Assembly: GCF_000737315.1 (NCBI RefSeq)
Contig: NZ_JMCB01000013.1
Coordinates: 144,001 to 268,000 of the forward strand
Direction of reading: 5' to 3'
Length of the DNA: 124,000 nucleotides
Source of the DNA: Hyalangium minutum
Lineage (GTDB): Bacteria > Myxococcota > Myxococcia > Myxococcales > Myxococcaceae
Shown: piece after piece, positions 42,318-56,200 of the stretch
Layout of the letters: each line of letters starts with the position of its first letter
Position numbering within the stretch: the first letter of the stretch is position 1
The notes under the pieces: generated by a model
Told to the model about the DNA's origin: nothing
The model's input: only the letters and a program-made list of their open reading frames with translations
Databases searched by the model: none
Made by a program: the position numbers and the translations under genes

Positions 42318-42968
42318 ATGGGCGCCGAGGAAACCCTCTTTCAACGTTTCGGCAAGGAGTTCGCCAAGGGCACGGTCCTCTTTCAGGAGGGGGAGCCGGG
42401 CAAGGACATGTTCGTCCTTCAGTCCGGGAAGATCTCCATCTCCAAGAAGGTCCGTGACGTGGAGAAGGTCCTGGCCTTGTTGGGGCCTGGTGAGTTCTTC
42501 GGGGAGATGGCCATCATCTCCAACAAGCCGAGGAACGCCACCGCCACGGTGATGGAGGACGCCAAGCTCCTGGTCATCGACCCGAAGACTTTCGAGGCGA
42601 TGATCCGCGGCAACGCCGAGATCGCCGTGCGGATGATCAAGAAGCTGGCCGAGCGCCTGTCCGAGGCGGACGCCCAGATCGAAAACCTGCTCCTGTCCGA
42701 TCCGGCCAGCCGCGTGGTGCACCAGGTGCTCCAGGTCTGCCAGACGCGCGGCCGGCCCATGGAAGAGGGCATCGAGGTGGACTTCCCCGTGCGCGAGCTG
42801 CCCCGGCTCATCGGCGTGGGCGAGCCGGCCATCCGCCACATGCTGGACCGGCTCGAGCGGGCCGGACTCATCGAGCGCAGTGGTGACAGACTGACCGTGT
42901 ATGACACGGCCCGGCTGCACGACTTCCTCCAGTATCTGGAGATGAAGTGGAAGTTCGGAGACCTCTAG
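42318..42968 (+). CDS. Crp/Fnr family cNMP-binding regulator
   Basis: GEFFGEMA...PRNATA phosphate-binding cassette and a C-terminal HTH-like region. Confidence 0.88.
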   Translation: MGAEETLFQRFGKEFAKGTVLFQEGEPGKDMFVLQSGKISISKKVRDVEKVLALLGPGEFFGEMAIISNKPRNATATVMEDAKLLVIDPKTFEAMIRGNAEIAVRMIKKLAERLSEADAQIENLLLSDPASRVVHQVLQVCQTRGRPMEEGIEVDFPVRELPRLIGVGEPAIRHMLDRLERAGLIERSGDRLTVYDTARLHDFLQYLEMKWKFGDL

Positions 42969-42969
42969 G

Positions 42970-43725
42970 GTGAAGCTGCAAGTCCTCGGCTGTCACGGCG
43001 GCGAACTGCCCTCGTGCCGGACCACATGCTTCCTCGTGGATGACGTGCTCGCGCTGGACGCGGGCGCGCTCACGAGCACGCTCACGCTCGATCAGCTGTG
43101 CAAGGTGGACGACATCCTCGTCGGCCACAGCCACTTCGACCATGTGAAGGATCTGCCCCTGCTGGCGGATCTGGTGATTGGCCGCCGGGACTCGCCCGTC
43201 ACCATTCACGCGTCGCGCGAGTGCGCCAAGGCGCTGCGCGACTACATGTTCAACAACTCGTTGTGGCCGGACTTCACCCGCATCCCCACGCGCAAAGAGC
43301 CGGTGCTCCGCATCAAGACGTTCCGCGCCGGGAGCACCTTCGAGGTCGGCCGCTACACCGTGCAGTCCATCCCCGTGAGCCACCCGGTGGAGTCCTGCGG
43401 CTTCGTCGTCTCCCATGGGGGCTCCTCCCTGGCCATGAGCGGCGACACCGGCCCCACCGACAAGCTGTGGCGGGCGCTCAACCAGGTGAAGAACCTCAAG
43501 GCGCTGCTGGTGGAGACCAGCTTCCCCAACGCGCTCCAGGAACTGGCGGACCTGTCCGGCCACCTCACGCCCAAGACGCTCCAGTCCGAGCTCACCAAGT
43601 TCCACCGCAACGGCGCCGAGGTGCTGCTGTACCACCTCAAGCCCGCCTTCGTGAGCCAGCTCAAGCGCGAGCTGGCAGGACTCCCCGTGGAGATCCTTGA
43701 ACTCGGAGATACCTTCGAGTTCTGA
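42970..43725 (+). CDS. Class II (metallo-beta-lactamase fold) cyclic nucleotide phosphodiesterase
   Basis: HSHFDHV, SHP, SGDTGP, GHLTP and YHLKP motifs. Confidence 0.82.
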   Translation: MKLQVLGCHGGELPSCRTTCFLVDDVLALDAGALTSTLTLDQLCKVDDILVGHSHFDHVKDLPLLADLVIGRRDSPVTIHASRECAKALRDYMFNNSLWPDFTRIPTRKEPVLRIKTFRAGSTFEVGRYTVQSIPVSHPVESCGFVVSHGGSSLAMSGDTGPTDKLWRALNQVKNLKALLVETSFPNALQELADLSGHLTPKTLQSELTKFHRNGAEVLLYHLKPAFVSQLKRELAGLPVEILELGDTFEF

Positions 43726-43786
43726 CGGGGTGCGTTGTACCGGAAGGGTTGACGGCCGCCCCCGGCCAGATTAACCCCGCGCCTCC

Positions 43787-44635
43787 ATGGCATGGTTCTC
43801 CAAGAAGCCCCGTATTTCGACGCGTCAGGAGCCCTCTCAGGAGGAGCCCTCTCGCATGCAAGGCCTCTGGGCCAAGTGCGAGAGCTGTGACGAGATCATC
43901 TATCGCCAGGAGCTGGAGAAGAACTGGATGGTGTGCCCGCACTGCGAGCACCACCACCCCTGGACGGCGCGCTCCCGGCTGGCCGGCCTCCTGGACCCCG
44001 ACACCTTCGAGGAGTTCGACAAGGAGCTGGAGCCCCAGGACCCGCTCGGGTTCGCCGACAGCAAGAAGTACAAGGACCGGCTGAAGTCCACCCGCAAGAA
44101 CCTGGGCGAGAACGACGCCTTCATCTCCGGCGTGGGCCGCATCGACGGCCACCAGATCTCCGTGGGCTGCTTCCTGTTCGAGTTCATGGGCGGCTCCATG
44201 GGCTCGGTGGTGGGTGAGAAGGTGACCCGCGTCTTCGAGCGCGCCCACGAGCTCAAGTGCCCGGCGCTGCTGTTCTCCGCCTCGGGCGGCGCGCGCATGC
44301 AGGAGGGCATCTTCTCCCTCATGCAGATGGCCAAGACGTCCGCGGCCATTGCCCGCTTCCGCACCGGCAACAAGCCCTACATTTCCGTACTTCTGCACCC
44401 GACGACGGGCGGCGTGGCGGCCTCGTTCGCGTGGCTGGGGGACATCATCCTGGCCGAGCCCAAGGCGCTCATCGGCTTCGCGGGTCCCCGCGTCATCGAG
44501 CAGACCATCCGCCAGAAGCTCCCCGAGGGCTTCCAGCGCTCCGAGTTCCTCCTGGAGCACGGGATGATTGACGCCATCGTCGCCCGCAAGGACTTGCGGA
44601 CGAAGCTCGGCCAGGTGCTCGGGCTGGTGGGCTGA
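43787..44635 (+). CDS. accD: Acetyl-CoA carboxylase carboxyltransferase beta subunit
   Basis: Zn finger (KCESC...CPHC), FMGGSMG, SGGARMQEG, PTTGGV and FAGPRVIEQT. Confidence 0.96.
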   Translation: MAWFSKKPRISTRQEPSQEEPSRMQGLWAKCESCDEIIYRQELEKNWMVCPHCEHHHPWTARSRLAGLLDPDTFEEFDKELEPQDPLGFADSKKYKDRLKSTRKNLGENDAFISGVGRIDGHQISVGCFLFEFMGGSMGSVVGEKVTRVFERAHELKCPALLFSASGGARMQEGIFSLMQMAKTSAAIARFRTGNKPYISVLLHPTTGGVAASFAWLGDIILAEPKALIGFAGPRVIEQTIRQKLPEGFQRSEFLLEHGMIDAIVARKDLRTKLGQVLGLVG

Positions 44636-44664
44636 GGCGTTTTCCCGAGGGGGCCCAGCCCCCT

Positions 44665-44738
44665 TGGTGACTGGACTCATCAGCCGATGACTGGAGTCCC
44701 ACGGCACAGGGGCCCCCGGCTGATGACTGGAGTCCCGG
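44665..44738. promoter_or_regulatory. Three palindromic enhancer boxes (consensus TGATGAC-N4-GTCATCA)
   Basis: TGGTGAC-TGGA-CTCATCA (44665), CGATGAC-TGGA-GTCCCAC (44685) and TGATGAC-TGGA-GTCCCGG (44721). Confidence 0.75.
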
Positions 44739-44846
44739 GAAGCCCTCCCGGGAGGTGAACCGGAAGCCCCTCGAAACCGGCGGCTTCCGAGCGTTCCCCT
44801 CTGAAAAGGGCTCCGTCAGGTGGCGACTGTGGGAGGCCGGAGCCGT

Positions 44847-44862
44847 TGGCACACCTCCTGCT
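44847..44862 (+). promoter_or_regulatory. sigma54 (-24/-12) promoter
   Basis: TGGCAC-ACCTC-CTGCT, with canonical GG...GC spacing. Confidence 0.75.
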
Positions 44863-44925
44863 CTAGCTCATGCACGTCAACTACCCGCTCTCGCCTCCCC
44901 CGAGAGCATGACCCCTGAGGACGCC

Positions 44926-46077
44926 ATGACCACGATCGCCGCCAACGCCCCCCGCATCCAGCGCTCCAACTCTGCTCCCGTCGCCGCCCCCGCGGCCAAG
45001 CCGGAGCTGAGCCGCACCAACAGCGCGCCGGGCAAGCTGCAGACCCCGGCGGCCACGGCGGCCCAGGCTCCCGCGGCTCAGGCCAAGCCCGCTGCCGCCT
45101 CCGGCATCGGCGCGAAGATTGGCGACAGCTTCAGCAAGGCCGGTGGCTCGGTGAAGGGCTGGTACAACGACTCGTCCAACCGCCTCACCACCAGCCACCA
45201 GAACGGCGGCACGGGCGTGGTGGGCCGGGGACTGGCGGGAGCGGGTCTGGCGGGCGGGCTGGCCGGCATCGGCTCCAACGGCAAGGGCCTGGTGGACGCC
45301 ATCAAGAATGGAGAGGGTGGCCACGCCATCGCGGAGAACGCGCTGGGGCTGGGCCGCAGCATCCTGGGCGCGGCCAAGGGCGGGCTGGACACGGCGGCCG
45401 CGTTCACCTCGGCCAAGGACTTCGGCAAGCTGGCCGAGGCGGCCAAGGGCGCGGTGGCGGGCAAGGGCGGAGCGTTCGCGGGCGCCATCGCCAACGCGGC
45501 GGCCGAGGCGGCGCACAAGGGCGGCCCGCTGCGTCACGCGGACGCGATGGCCTCGGTGCTCAAGGAGAAGGGCGGGGTGGGCGGGCTGATGGCCGGAGGG
45601 AAGATGGCGGTGGCGGACCTGCTGCGTCAGGGCGGCTTCGCCGGAGCGGCCGGGAAGATTGAGAAGGGCGTCATCCAGTCGGGGACGAAGGTGGTGGGCA
45701 ACGCGATTGACGCGGCGCAGCTGACCAAGGGCGCTGGCGCGGCCCTCAAGGGGATTGAGGCGGGGGCCAAGGGCGTGGGCACGGCGGCGAAGGTGGCCGG
45801 CCGCTTCGCGCCGGGCCTGAACATCGGCATCGCGGCGCTGGACGCGGGCATCGCCGCGCGCACCTGGGCCGACCCCAAGTCGAGCACGGCGGCGAAGGTG
45901 ACCTCCACCATCACGGCCGCTGGCTCTGCCGCCGCCGCCACCAACATCCCGATCGTCTCGCAGATCGGCGCGGGCATCTCCGCGGTCTCCTCCATCACCG
46001 GCATGGCCATCGAGAACGCCGGGAAGATCAAGGAGGGCTTCAGCAAGCTGGGCGACAAGATCAAGAGCCTCTTCTAA
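44926..46077 (+). CDS. Gly/Ala-rich hypothetical protein, putative secreted membrane-inserting effector
   Basis: No Sec signal; disordered Ala/Pro/Thr N-terminus; several Gly-rich amphipathic or hydrophobic helices; RBS GAGGA. Confidence 0.7.
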   Translation: MTTIAANAPRIQRSNSAPVAAPAAKPELSRTNSAPGKLQTPAATAAQAPAAQAKPAAASGIGAKIGDSFSKAGGSVKGWYNDSSNRLTTSHQNGGTGVVGRGLAGAGLAGGLAGIGSNGKGLVDAIKNGEGGHAIAENALGLGRSILGAAKGGLDTAAAFTSAKDFGKLAEAAKGAVAGKGGAFAGAIANAAAEAAHKGGPLRHADAMASVLKEKGGVGGLMAGGKMAVADLLRQGGFAGAAGKIEKGVIQSGTKVVGNAIDAAQLTKGAGAALKGIEAGAKGVGTAAKVAGRFAPGLNIGIAALDAGIAARTWADPKSSTAAKVTSTITAAGSAAAATNIPIVSQIGAGISAVSSITGMAIENAGKIKEGFSKLGDKIKSLF

Positions 46078-46127
46078 TCCCTGTCGTACCTACACCCACC
46101 CTCCAGGAGGAGTTCACCACGAACGCC

Positions 46128-46600
46128 ATGCTCGTTCCCGAGCTGGCTGATGTGAGGTGAGGGCGCCGCAGGTCAAGGCGCTCTCGCTGGAGGGATTGGA
46201 AGCAGCCGAGGACGTTGAGCAGCACTTCCTCTCCGAGCCGGTGGCTTGGAGGCAGGAGGTGCTGCTGCACGTTGCGGGCTTCTCGAGCGGCCGCCTCATC
46301 CCCTTTAGCGCCCGTGAGTCGCTCGTCGGCCACCTGCCCAACGAGATGGCGGTGGTGGACCTCACGCTGCCAGCCAAGCACTCCCGCTCGCTTCGTGGTT
46401 CGGGTGTTGGACGAGGTGGCCGCGTGCACCCAGGTGAAGAGCCCCGCCGGGCTCGTGGACCAGAAGATCCTCGTGCCCAGGAGCGCCAGCGAAGGCGCCT
46501 GGGATGATGAACCGGGCGCAGGTCCGCTTCGAGCGCGCTCAAGCCAAGCCGCTGAATGCACCGGGCCGGGAGGCACGCCCGAAGGGCGCCAAAAAACAAC
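46128..46600 (+). pseudogene. Frameshifted gene of unknown function
   Basis: Coding signal is spread over frames and can be rejoined by removing the tandem duplications GTGAG (46152-46161) and CGCT (46385-46392). A third shift is probable near 46500. Confidence 0.6.
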
Positions 46601-46633
46601 GGACCGGCGGAGCGCTGAGGCTCCACCGGTCCG
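46591..46633 (-). terminator. Rho-independent terminator of the C39-like gene
   Basis: Stem CGGACCGGCGGAGC / GCTCCACCGGTCCG; A6 at 46591-46596 gives the U-tract on the minus strand. Confidence 0.75.
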
Positions 46634-46681
46634 CTTGTCTGACAGGTTGGGCTGAGGTTCCGCCGGCAGGGCGCCTGCGGA

Positions 46682-47509
46682 CTAGGAGGACTCGCGGCCG
46701 AAGGTCTCCGCCGCCTTGGAGCCGCCACCGTCGTTGGCGTTCAGCGGCACCGTCAGGGCCGCGTTCGACTGGGCCAGGGCCTCGGCGGAGGTCGCGCCCT
46801 TCGCGTCCTCCACGAGCATCATTCCGCCGCTGTTGTGCTTGAACCAGTTCTGATCCACGGCGTTGGTCAGGTGGTTGAAATCCACCCCGTAGCTGGAGCC
46901 GGTGGCCGGATCCTTCACCGTGTAGTTGCCCTTGTCGTCCTTGCCGTCGACCACCACCCAGTGCGCGCCACCGGTCTTGCTCGGGTCGCTGCCCGGGGTG
47001 ATCTGCGCGGAGTCCACCATGGCCATCAGCTTGCCGCCCTTCTTCAGGGTCTCGTCCACGGTGGTCTGGTCGAACTTGAAGGCCGCCTGGTTCACCTTCA
47101 TGCCCTCGCTGCCCAGCATCTTGGCGAGCTCCTGGGCCGAGGTGCCCTTGCCGTCGGTGAACTGGGACTCGAGCTGCGCCATCCGCTGCTCGGCCGAAAC
47201 CCCCGCCACCTGGCCGCGCGAGCCGGCCGCCATCACCGCCGCCGCAGCGCCACAGTTGGTATCCGTGGTCTGCTGGATCACCGGAGCCGAGCCCGAGGGC
47301 GGCAGGGCATCCGCCGAGAACTTCGCCGACCACTCCTGCTGCTGCGTGGAGGCCTGCTCGAAGCCATCCTGGAAGGAGACCGGGGTGGCCGGGGCCTGGG
47401 GAGCGGTGGGAGCAGCCGCGGGCGTGCTCTGCGGCGCGACGGGTGCGCTGGTGTCCTGACGAAGCTGCTGCAGCGCGCGGAAGATGCTGGACGTGATCGA
47501 AGTGCTCAC
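46682..47509 (-). CDS. Peptidase C39-like (papain fold) protein with disordered N-terminus
   Basis: QQTTDTNCGAAA (oxyanion Q and catalytic C) and HWVVVDG (H, D); no signal peptide. Confidence 0.78.
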   Translation of the reverse strand: MSTSITSSIFRALQQLRQDTSAPVAPQSTPAAAPTAPQAPATPVSFQDGFEQASTQQQEWSAKFSADALPPSGSAPVIQQTTDTNCGAAAAVMAAGSRGQVAGVSAEQRMAQLESQFTDGKGTSAQELAKMLGSEGMKVNQAAFKFDQTTVDETLKKGGKLMAMVDSAQITPGSDPSKTGGAHWVVVDGKDDKGNYTVKDPATGSSYGVDFNHLTNAVDQNWFKHNSGGMMLVEDAKGATSAEALAQSNAALTVPLNANDGGGSKAAETFGRESS

Positions 47510-47620
47510 GGTGCTCTCCTGGAGGTAAGGTGCACGGCGGGTGCTGAATTATCGGGAGGAGGCCTCAAAAAGTTTCCTCTTCCCGCATTCCCTGGCTGTC
47601 AGGGCTTGAGGAGTGCCTAT

Positions 47621-47636
47621 ATCAAAAGGTGTGCCA
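47621..47636 (-). promoter_or_regulatory. sigma54-like (-24/-12) promoter
   Basis: Minus strand reads TGGCAC-ACCTT-TTGAT (-12 element GA variant). Confidence 0.6.
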
Positions 47637-47711
47637 GGGGGGGGTAAGAATTAAAAAGTGGGAGGCCATTGGAAATTCAGGCGCTTGGCTCCCACATGCC
47701 GAGAGCCCCCC

Positions 47712-47749
47712 CGATGACACCACCCATCAGCTGATGACTGCCGTCATCA
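47712..47749. promoter_or_regulatory. Two palindromic enhancer boxes
   Basis: CGATGAC-ACCA-CCCATCA (47712) and a perfect CTGATGAC-TGCC-GTCATCAG (47731-47750), spaced 20 bp apart. Confidence 0.78.
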
Positions 47750-47771
47750 GCCCGGCTGCCTCGGGAGGCGC

Positions 47772-51883
<4,112 letters not shown>

Positions 51884-51926
51884 TCCGGGGTGCATCTATC
51901 CCATGGATTCCGCTCGGTGTGCCACC

Positions 51927-52011
51927 TGGTGACAGGACTCATCACGTGGGGCTGGCGTCACCAGGGCTGCTCCTCGGGGAGCCCAGGGAGCGGCCGGGAC
52001 TGGCGTCATCA
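51927..52011. promoter_or_regulatory. Three palindromic enhancer boxes
   Basis: TGGTGAC-AGGA-CTCATCA (51927), GTGGGGC-TGGC-GTCACCA (51946) and CCGGGAC-TGGC-GTCATCA (51994). Confidence 0.72.
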
Positions 52012-52042
52012 GGCCGCCGGGCCTTCCCCAGGGAAACCGGGT

Positions 52043-52058
52043 TGGCACGGCTGATGCT
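52043..52058 (+). promoter_or_regulatory. sigma54 (-24/-12) promoter
   Basis: TGGCAC-GGCTG-ATGCT. Confidence 0.75.
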
Positions 52059-52129
52059 GTAGGGAGAAATGCCAGCAACGAGGCACTCCTCCTCCCCCAA
52101 CCTTCCTCCTTTCTGAAAAGGACCCCGTC

Positions 52130-52999
52130 ATGAACGTCTCCAACCTCCGCCAGAACCCGAGCCTTCAGACCCTGGATTCCTCTTCCTTCCGCCGCGGTGG
52201 TGTCGAGCAGGGCGGCCTCAAGGGCCTCTTCGGCAAGGGTGGCGGGCTGCAGGAGCTCATCAAGGGCACCCAGGACCTGCTGAAGTCGCTCCAGGCGGTC
52301 GAGAAGCTGATGCAGGGCATGAAGACGGGCGGGATGCAGAAGGCCGCCTCGCCGTCGCAGGGGTGCTCGCCGTCTCCGTTCTCGCAGAGCAGCTTCGCTC
52401 CATCCGCGGGCAAGGCGCCCGTGGAGCTCAACCCGAGCGCCAGCGGCCCGAGCAGCATGGGCGGCACGGGCAGCGCGGGTGGCTCGAGCAGCGTGGGCTC
52501 CGGCGCGGGCATCTCGGGTGACGCGAAGCTGGGCGGCGGCTTCCCCTCGGCCTTGGGCCAGTACAAGAACGCCATCGAGTCCGCGGCGGCCAAGACGGGC
52601 GTTCCGGCCTCCATGCTCGCCGCGCAGATCTGGCAGGAGTCCCGCGGCAACCTGGGCGCCACCTCGACCAACGGCGGCAACGGCCTGACGGACACGGGGC
52701 TGATGCAGATGAACCCCAACACCTTCAAGGAGCTGCAGGGCAAGTACCCGGAGCTGCAGGGCAAGAACCTGGCGGATCCGGAGACGAACATCCTGGCCGG
52801 CGCCTACTACATGAAGGACATGAAGGAGCAGTTCGGGAACTGGGATCTGGCGCTGCGCGCGTACAACTCGGGCCCCAACGGCGTGGACCGCAGCAACCCG
52901 AACGCCATCCCCGCGGGCACCGGTGACGCCACCTACGTGCAGAAGGTGAAGCAGTTCGCGGAGACGATCGCCTCGGGCAAGGGCACGCTGCCCGCGTAG
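52130..52999 (+). CDS. Lytic transglycosylase (SLT domain) with disordered N-terminus
   Basis: AAQIWQESRGN (catalytic Glu), GLMQM and ALRAYNSGP motifs; no signal peptide. Confidence 0.88.
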   Translation: MNVSNLRQNPSLQTLDSSSFRRGGVEQGGLKGLFGKGGGLQELIKGTQDLLKSLQAVEKLMQGMKTGGMQKAASPSQGCSPSPFSQSSFAPSAGKAPVELNPSASGPSSMGGTGSAGGSSSVGSGAGISGDAKLGGGFPSALGQYKNAIESAAAKTGVPASMLAAQIWQESRGNLGATSTNGGNGLTDTGLMQMNPNTFKELQGKYPELQGKNLADPETNILAGAYYMKDMKEQFGNWDLALRAYNSGPNGVDRSNPNAIPAGTGDATYVQKVKQFAETIASGKGTLPA

Positions 53000-53205
53000 T
53001 ACCGCACAGAGAGCGCGGCAAAAAGGCGGGTTCACGTTGCATGAGGATGCCCGATGCCGGGTTCCTCGCAGCGTGGACCCGCTGCCGCATTTCGAGGCTC
53101 ACTCCGGAACGGGGGATTCGCCTGGCTGGACGGCCGCCGGGGGAGCGCCTGCCCTGTGCAAATCCGCCCATCCGGCGCGCTCGGCGCGGTTAGAGTCTGC
53201 GGCCC

Positions 53206-56200
53206 ATGTCGTTGCCCACGCTGCTCACCGCCGAGAACCTCCGCGCAACCGCGGGGAGCGCATTTGCGCGAGGCGAGGTGTACTGGCGTGAGGGGCGCGT
53301 GCTGTCCTGCGTCCTGGAGAACGACGCGCTCGATGGGCTGGTGGAGGGCACGGCGAAGTACCGCGTCCGGGTGACGGCTCCTGGCGGAGTGCTCGTCGCC
53401 CACTGCACGTGTCCGGTGCGGGATGCGGTCTGCAAGCATGCGGTCGCGCTCAGCCTCTCCTTCCTGGCACAGCGCGGAGCGGTGCTCGAGCCGCCGCGCG
53501 AGGCCGCCGTCGTGGTGCCGTCTCAGGAAGGGCCGTTCGCGACGCGGGACGCGCTGGATCGCTGGGCGGAGGAGCACGAGGTCCGCCATGCGCTCGCGGT
53601 CTCCGTGGCCGTGCTCTTTCCGGAGCTGCCCATCAATGAGGCGCAGCGCCAAGGGCTCCAGCATGTGCTGAACGGACTGGCGCTGAGGGACGTGGGCTCG
53701 CGGGACGGGGCGCTTCGCTATGTCGGCGCGCGCGGGAGAGGCCTGGAGACAGCGCTGACCGAAGCGGCGTGGGCATACCTGCAGCAGGAGGCGCACGCCG
53801 TCCGGCAGGGGCTCACCGAGGAGGCCGCGCGCCGCGAGTCCCACCCGGACGAGGTGCTGGCGCCGCTGTGGACCCGCCTGCTCGAGGTGCGCCGCACGCT
53901 CAGGCCCCATGCAGCTCCACGCTCTCGGGAGCGGCGGGCCTTGGGGACATGGAGCTTCGATGCGGCTGCGTGCGTGCTCACGTGGAGGGAGCGCGATCGC
54001 GTGGTCCGTGGCGGTCCGGACTACGGCACCATCGGAGTCTTGACGCGGCTCACCTTCCCCGGGGGGTACGAAGGGCGGGTGGAGTGCAGCTGTGCGACCC
54101 GGCAGCGGGGGTGCGTGCATGCGCTGGCGCTCGTGGACACCACCCTCGATGTCCTGGACGACAGCGCGCGGAACGCGGAGGCGCGAAGGATCGCCGAGGA
54201 ACTCCTTCGCCCGAGCTGGGCGCGCGCGCTGAAGGAACTCGAGCTGTTCGAGGAAGAGTCGGCCAAGCCTCGGCCCAGCATCGAGGTGTGGTGGTGCATC
54301 GAGCAGGAACTGGGCACGCAGTCCGTGTCGCCCGTCGTGAAGAAGCAGACCCGCCGGGGCATCATGAGCGCAGGTGCGAGGATGACCGCGGCGCGCCTGC
54401 TCGAAGAGCACCGCGAGCTTCTCTCCGAGACCGATCTTCGGGTCGCCGAGCAGCTGGCTTCATGGGCCCCGGCGTCCCGTGCCGCTGGGACATACCCTTC
54501 ACGGGCATTCGCAGGGCTGGTCGGGCACCCACGGGTGTTGCTCGAGTTCCGCCCCGAGGAGCCCATCGAGGTGAAGCGCGTGCGGCTGGGGTTCACCGCG
54601 CTCTCCGCCGATAACCACATTCGCCTGGAGCCCTCCATCGAGGGCGAGCGCTTCAGCCCGAAGCTGCTGGGAGCCCTGCTGCGTGCGTTCGCGCCGGGGG
54701 AACCGCTGGTCACGGTGGAGGAGCAGCGGAACCGGTGCCTGCTGATCGATGTGAACTCCGAGGCGCGGCAGATCTGGAACGTGCTGGAGAAGCACGGAGA
54801 CCAGTTCCCTCCCGAGAGCCATGAGCAGCTGCTGGAGCGCCTGTCCCGGCTCGAAGCGCGGTTGCCGCTCGTGGTCCCGCCCACGCTGAAGGGGCGCGAG
54901 CTCTCGTCCGAGACGACCACCGTCGTTCGTCTGCGCCTGCTCCCGGACGTGTCGCTGGAGCTGGAATTGCTCGTTCGGCCGGGGCCAGGGGCTCCGCTGT
55001 TCCATCCCGGCGTGGGTCCGAGAGACGTGCTTCTCACTCGCAACGGTGAACGCGGCTACGTGCGCCGTCAGCTGATCCAGGAGGAGCAGCGGGCTCGCGC
55101 GGCGATTGCCCCACTGCCGCTCGAGGGCGCGGAGGAGGGGCCGCCGTTCTGCTTCCGGATGGGGGACACGGAGTCCGCGCTGCGGCTCGTCGCGGCCCTC
55201 CAGAAGCCGCTGCCGGGAGTGGAGGTGGAGTGGCTCGACGATAAGCCGTTCGTTGCTTCGGCTGCGGGCCCGGAGTCCTTGAAGGTCGTGATCGAGCGCA
55301 AGCGGGACTGGTTCGGCATCAACGGGGATCTGAAGGTCGAGGCGGGGCGCATCGAGCTGGCTGTCCTCCTGGATGCGGCCCGGCGGCAGAAGCGCTTCGT
55401 GCGCGTGGATGCCCATCGGTGGGTCGAGCTCAGCGACACTTTGCGGAACCGCCTGCTCGCGGTGGCCGATCACACCTTCCTGGGCAAGAACCGCGCGGAG
55501 CTCTCTCCAGGAGCGGTCTCGGCGATCAGCGCGTTGCTGGAGGCGGGGGCCGACGTCCAGGCCGCGCCCGCGTGGCAGTTGATGACGGATCGTCTCGCCG
55601 CGTCGCTGTCGCTCAAGCCGAAGCCTCCCTCGTCGCTGGGGACCACGCTGCGCGACTACCAGGTGGAGGGCCATGCGTGGCTCAGCCGCGTGGCGGCCTG
55701 GGGAGCGGGAGCGTGCCTCGCGGATGACATGGGGCTCGGGAAGACGGTGCAGGCGCTGTCGGTGATGATCGAACGCTCGCGGCTCGGTCCGGCCCTGGTG
55801 CTCGCGCCGACCTCGGTGGCCTTCAACTGGACGCAGGAGATCCAGCGCTTCGCGCCCACCCTGCGGCCCGTGCTCTACGCGGAGCAGCCGGATCGGGCGA
55901 AGTGCTTGGCGAAGCTCAAGAAGACCGACGTGCTCATCGTCAGCTACGGCTTGCTGGTGCGCGACGTGGCGAGCCTCAGCACGCTCTCATTCGCCACGCT
56001 CGTCGTCGATGAAGCGCAGGCGTTGAAGAACCCGAGCACCCGGCGGGCCCGGGCCGCGCGGCAGCTGAACGCGGGCTTTCGGATCGCGCTCTCGGGGACG
56101 CCGCTGGAGAACCACCTCGGCGAGCTGTGGAGCCTCTTCACGATCGTCTTCCCGGGTCTCTTGGGGAGCTGGGAGCAATTCCGAGAGCGCTTCGCCTCGC

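Noticed and set aside
44665-44738. GATGACTGGAGTCCC repeats as a mini CRISPR array
   Set aside because: The units are about 18 bp, spacers are 2-18 bp, there are only three copies and no cas genes. They are better explained as enhancer boxes.
46158-46160. In-frame TGA as selenocysteine or programmed readthrough
   Set aside because: The downstream coding continues in a different frame and is explained by a 5-bp duplication; no SECIS-like hairpin is evident.
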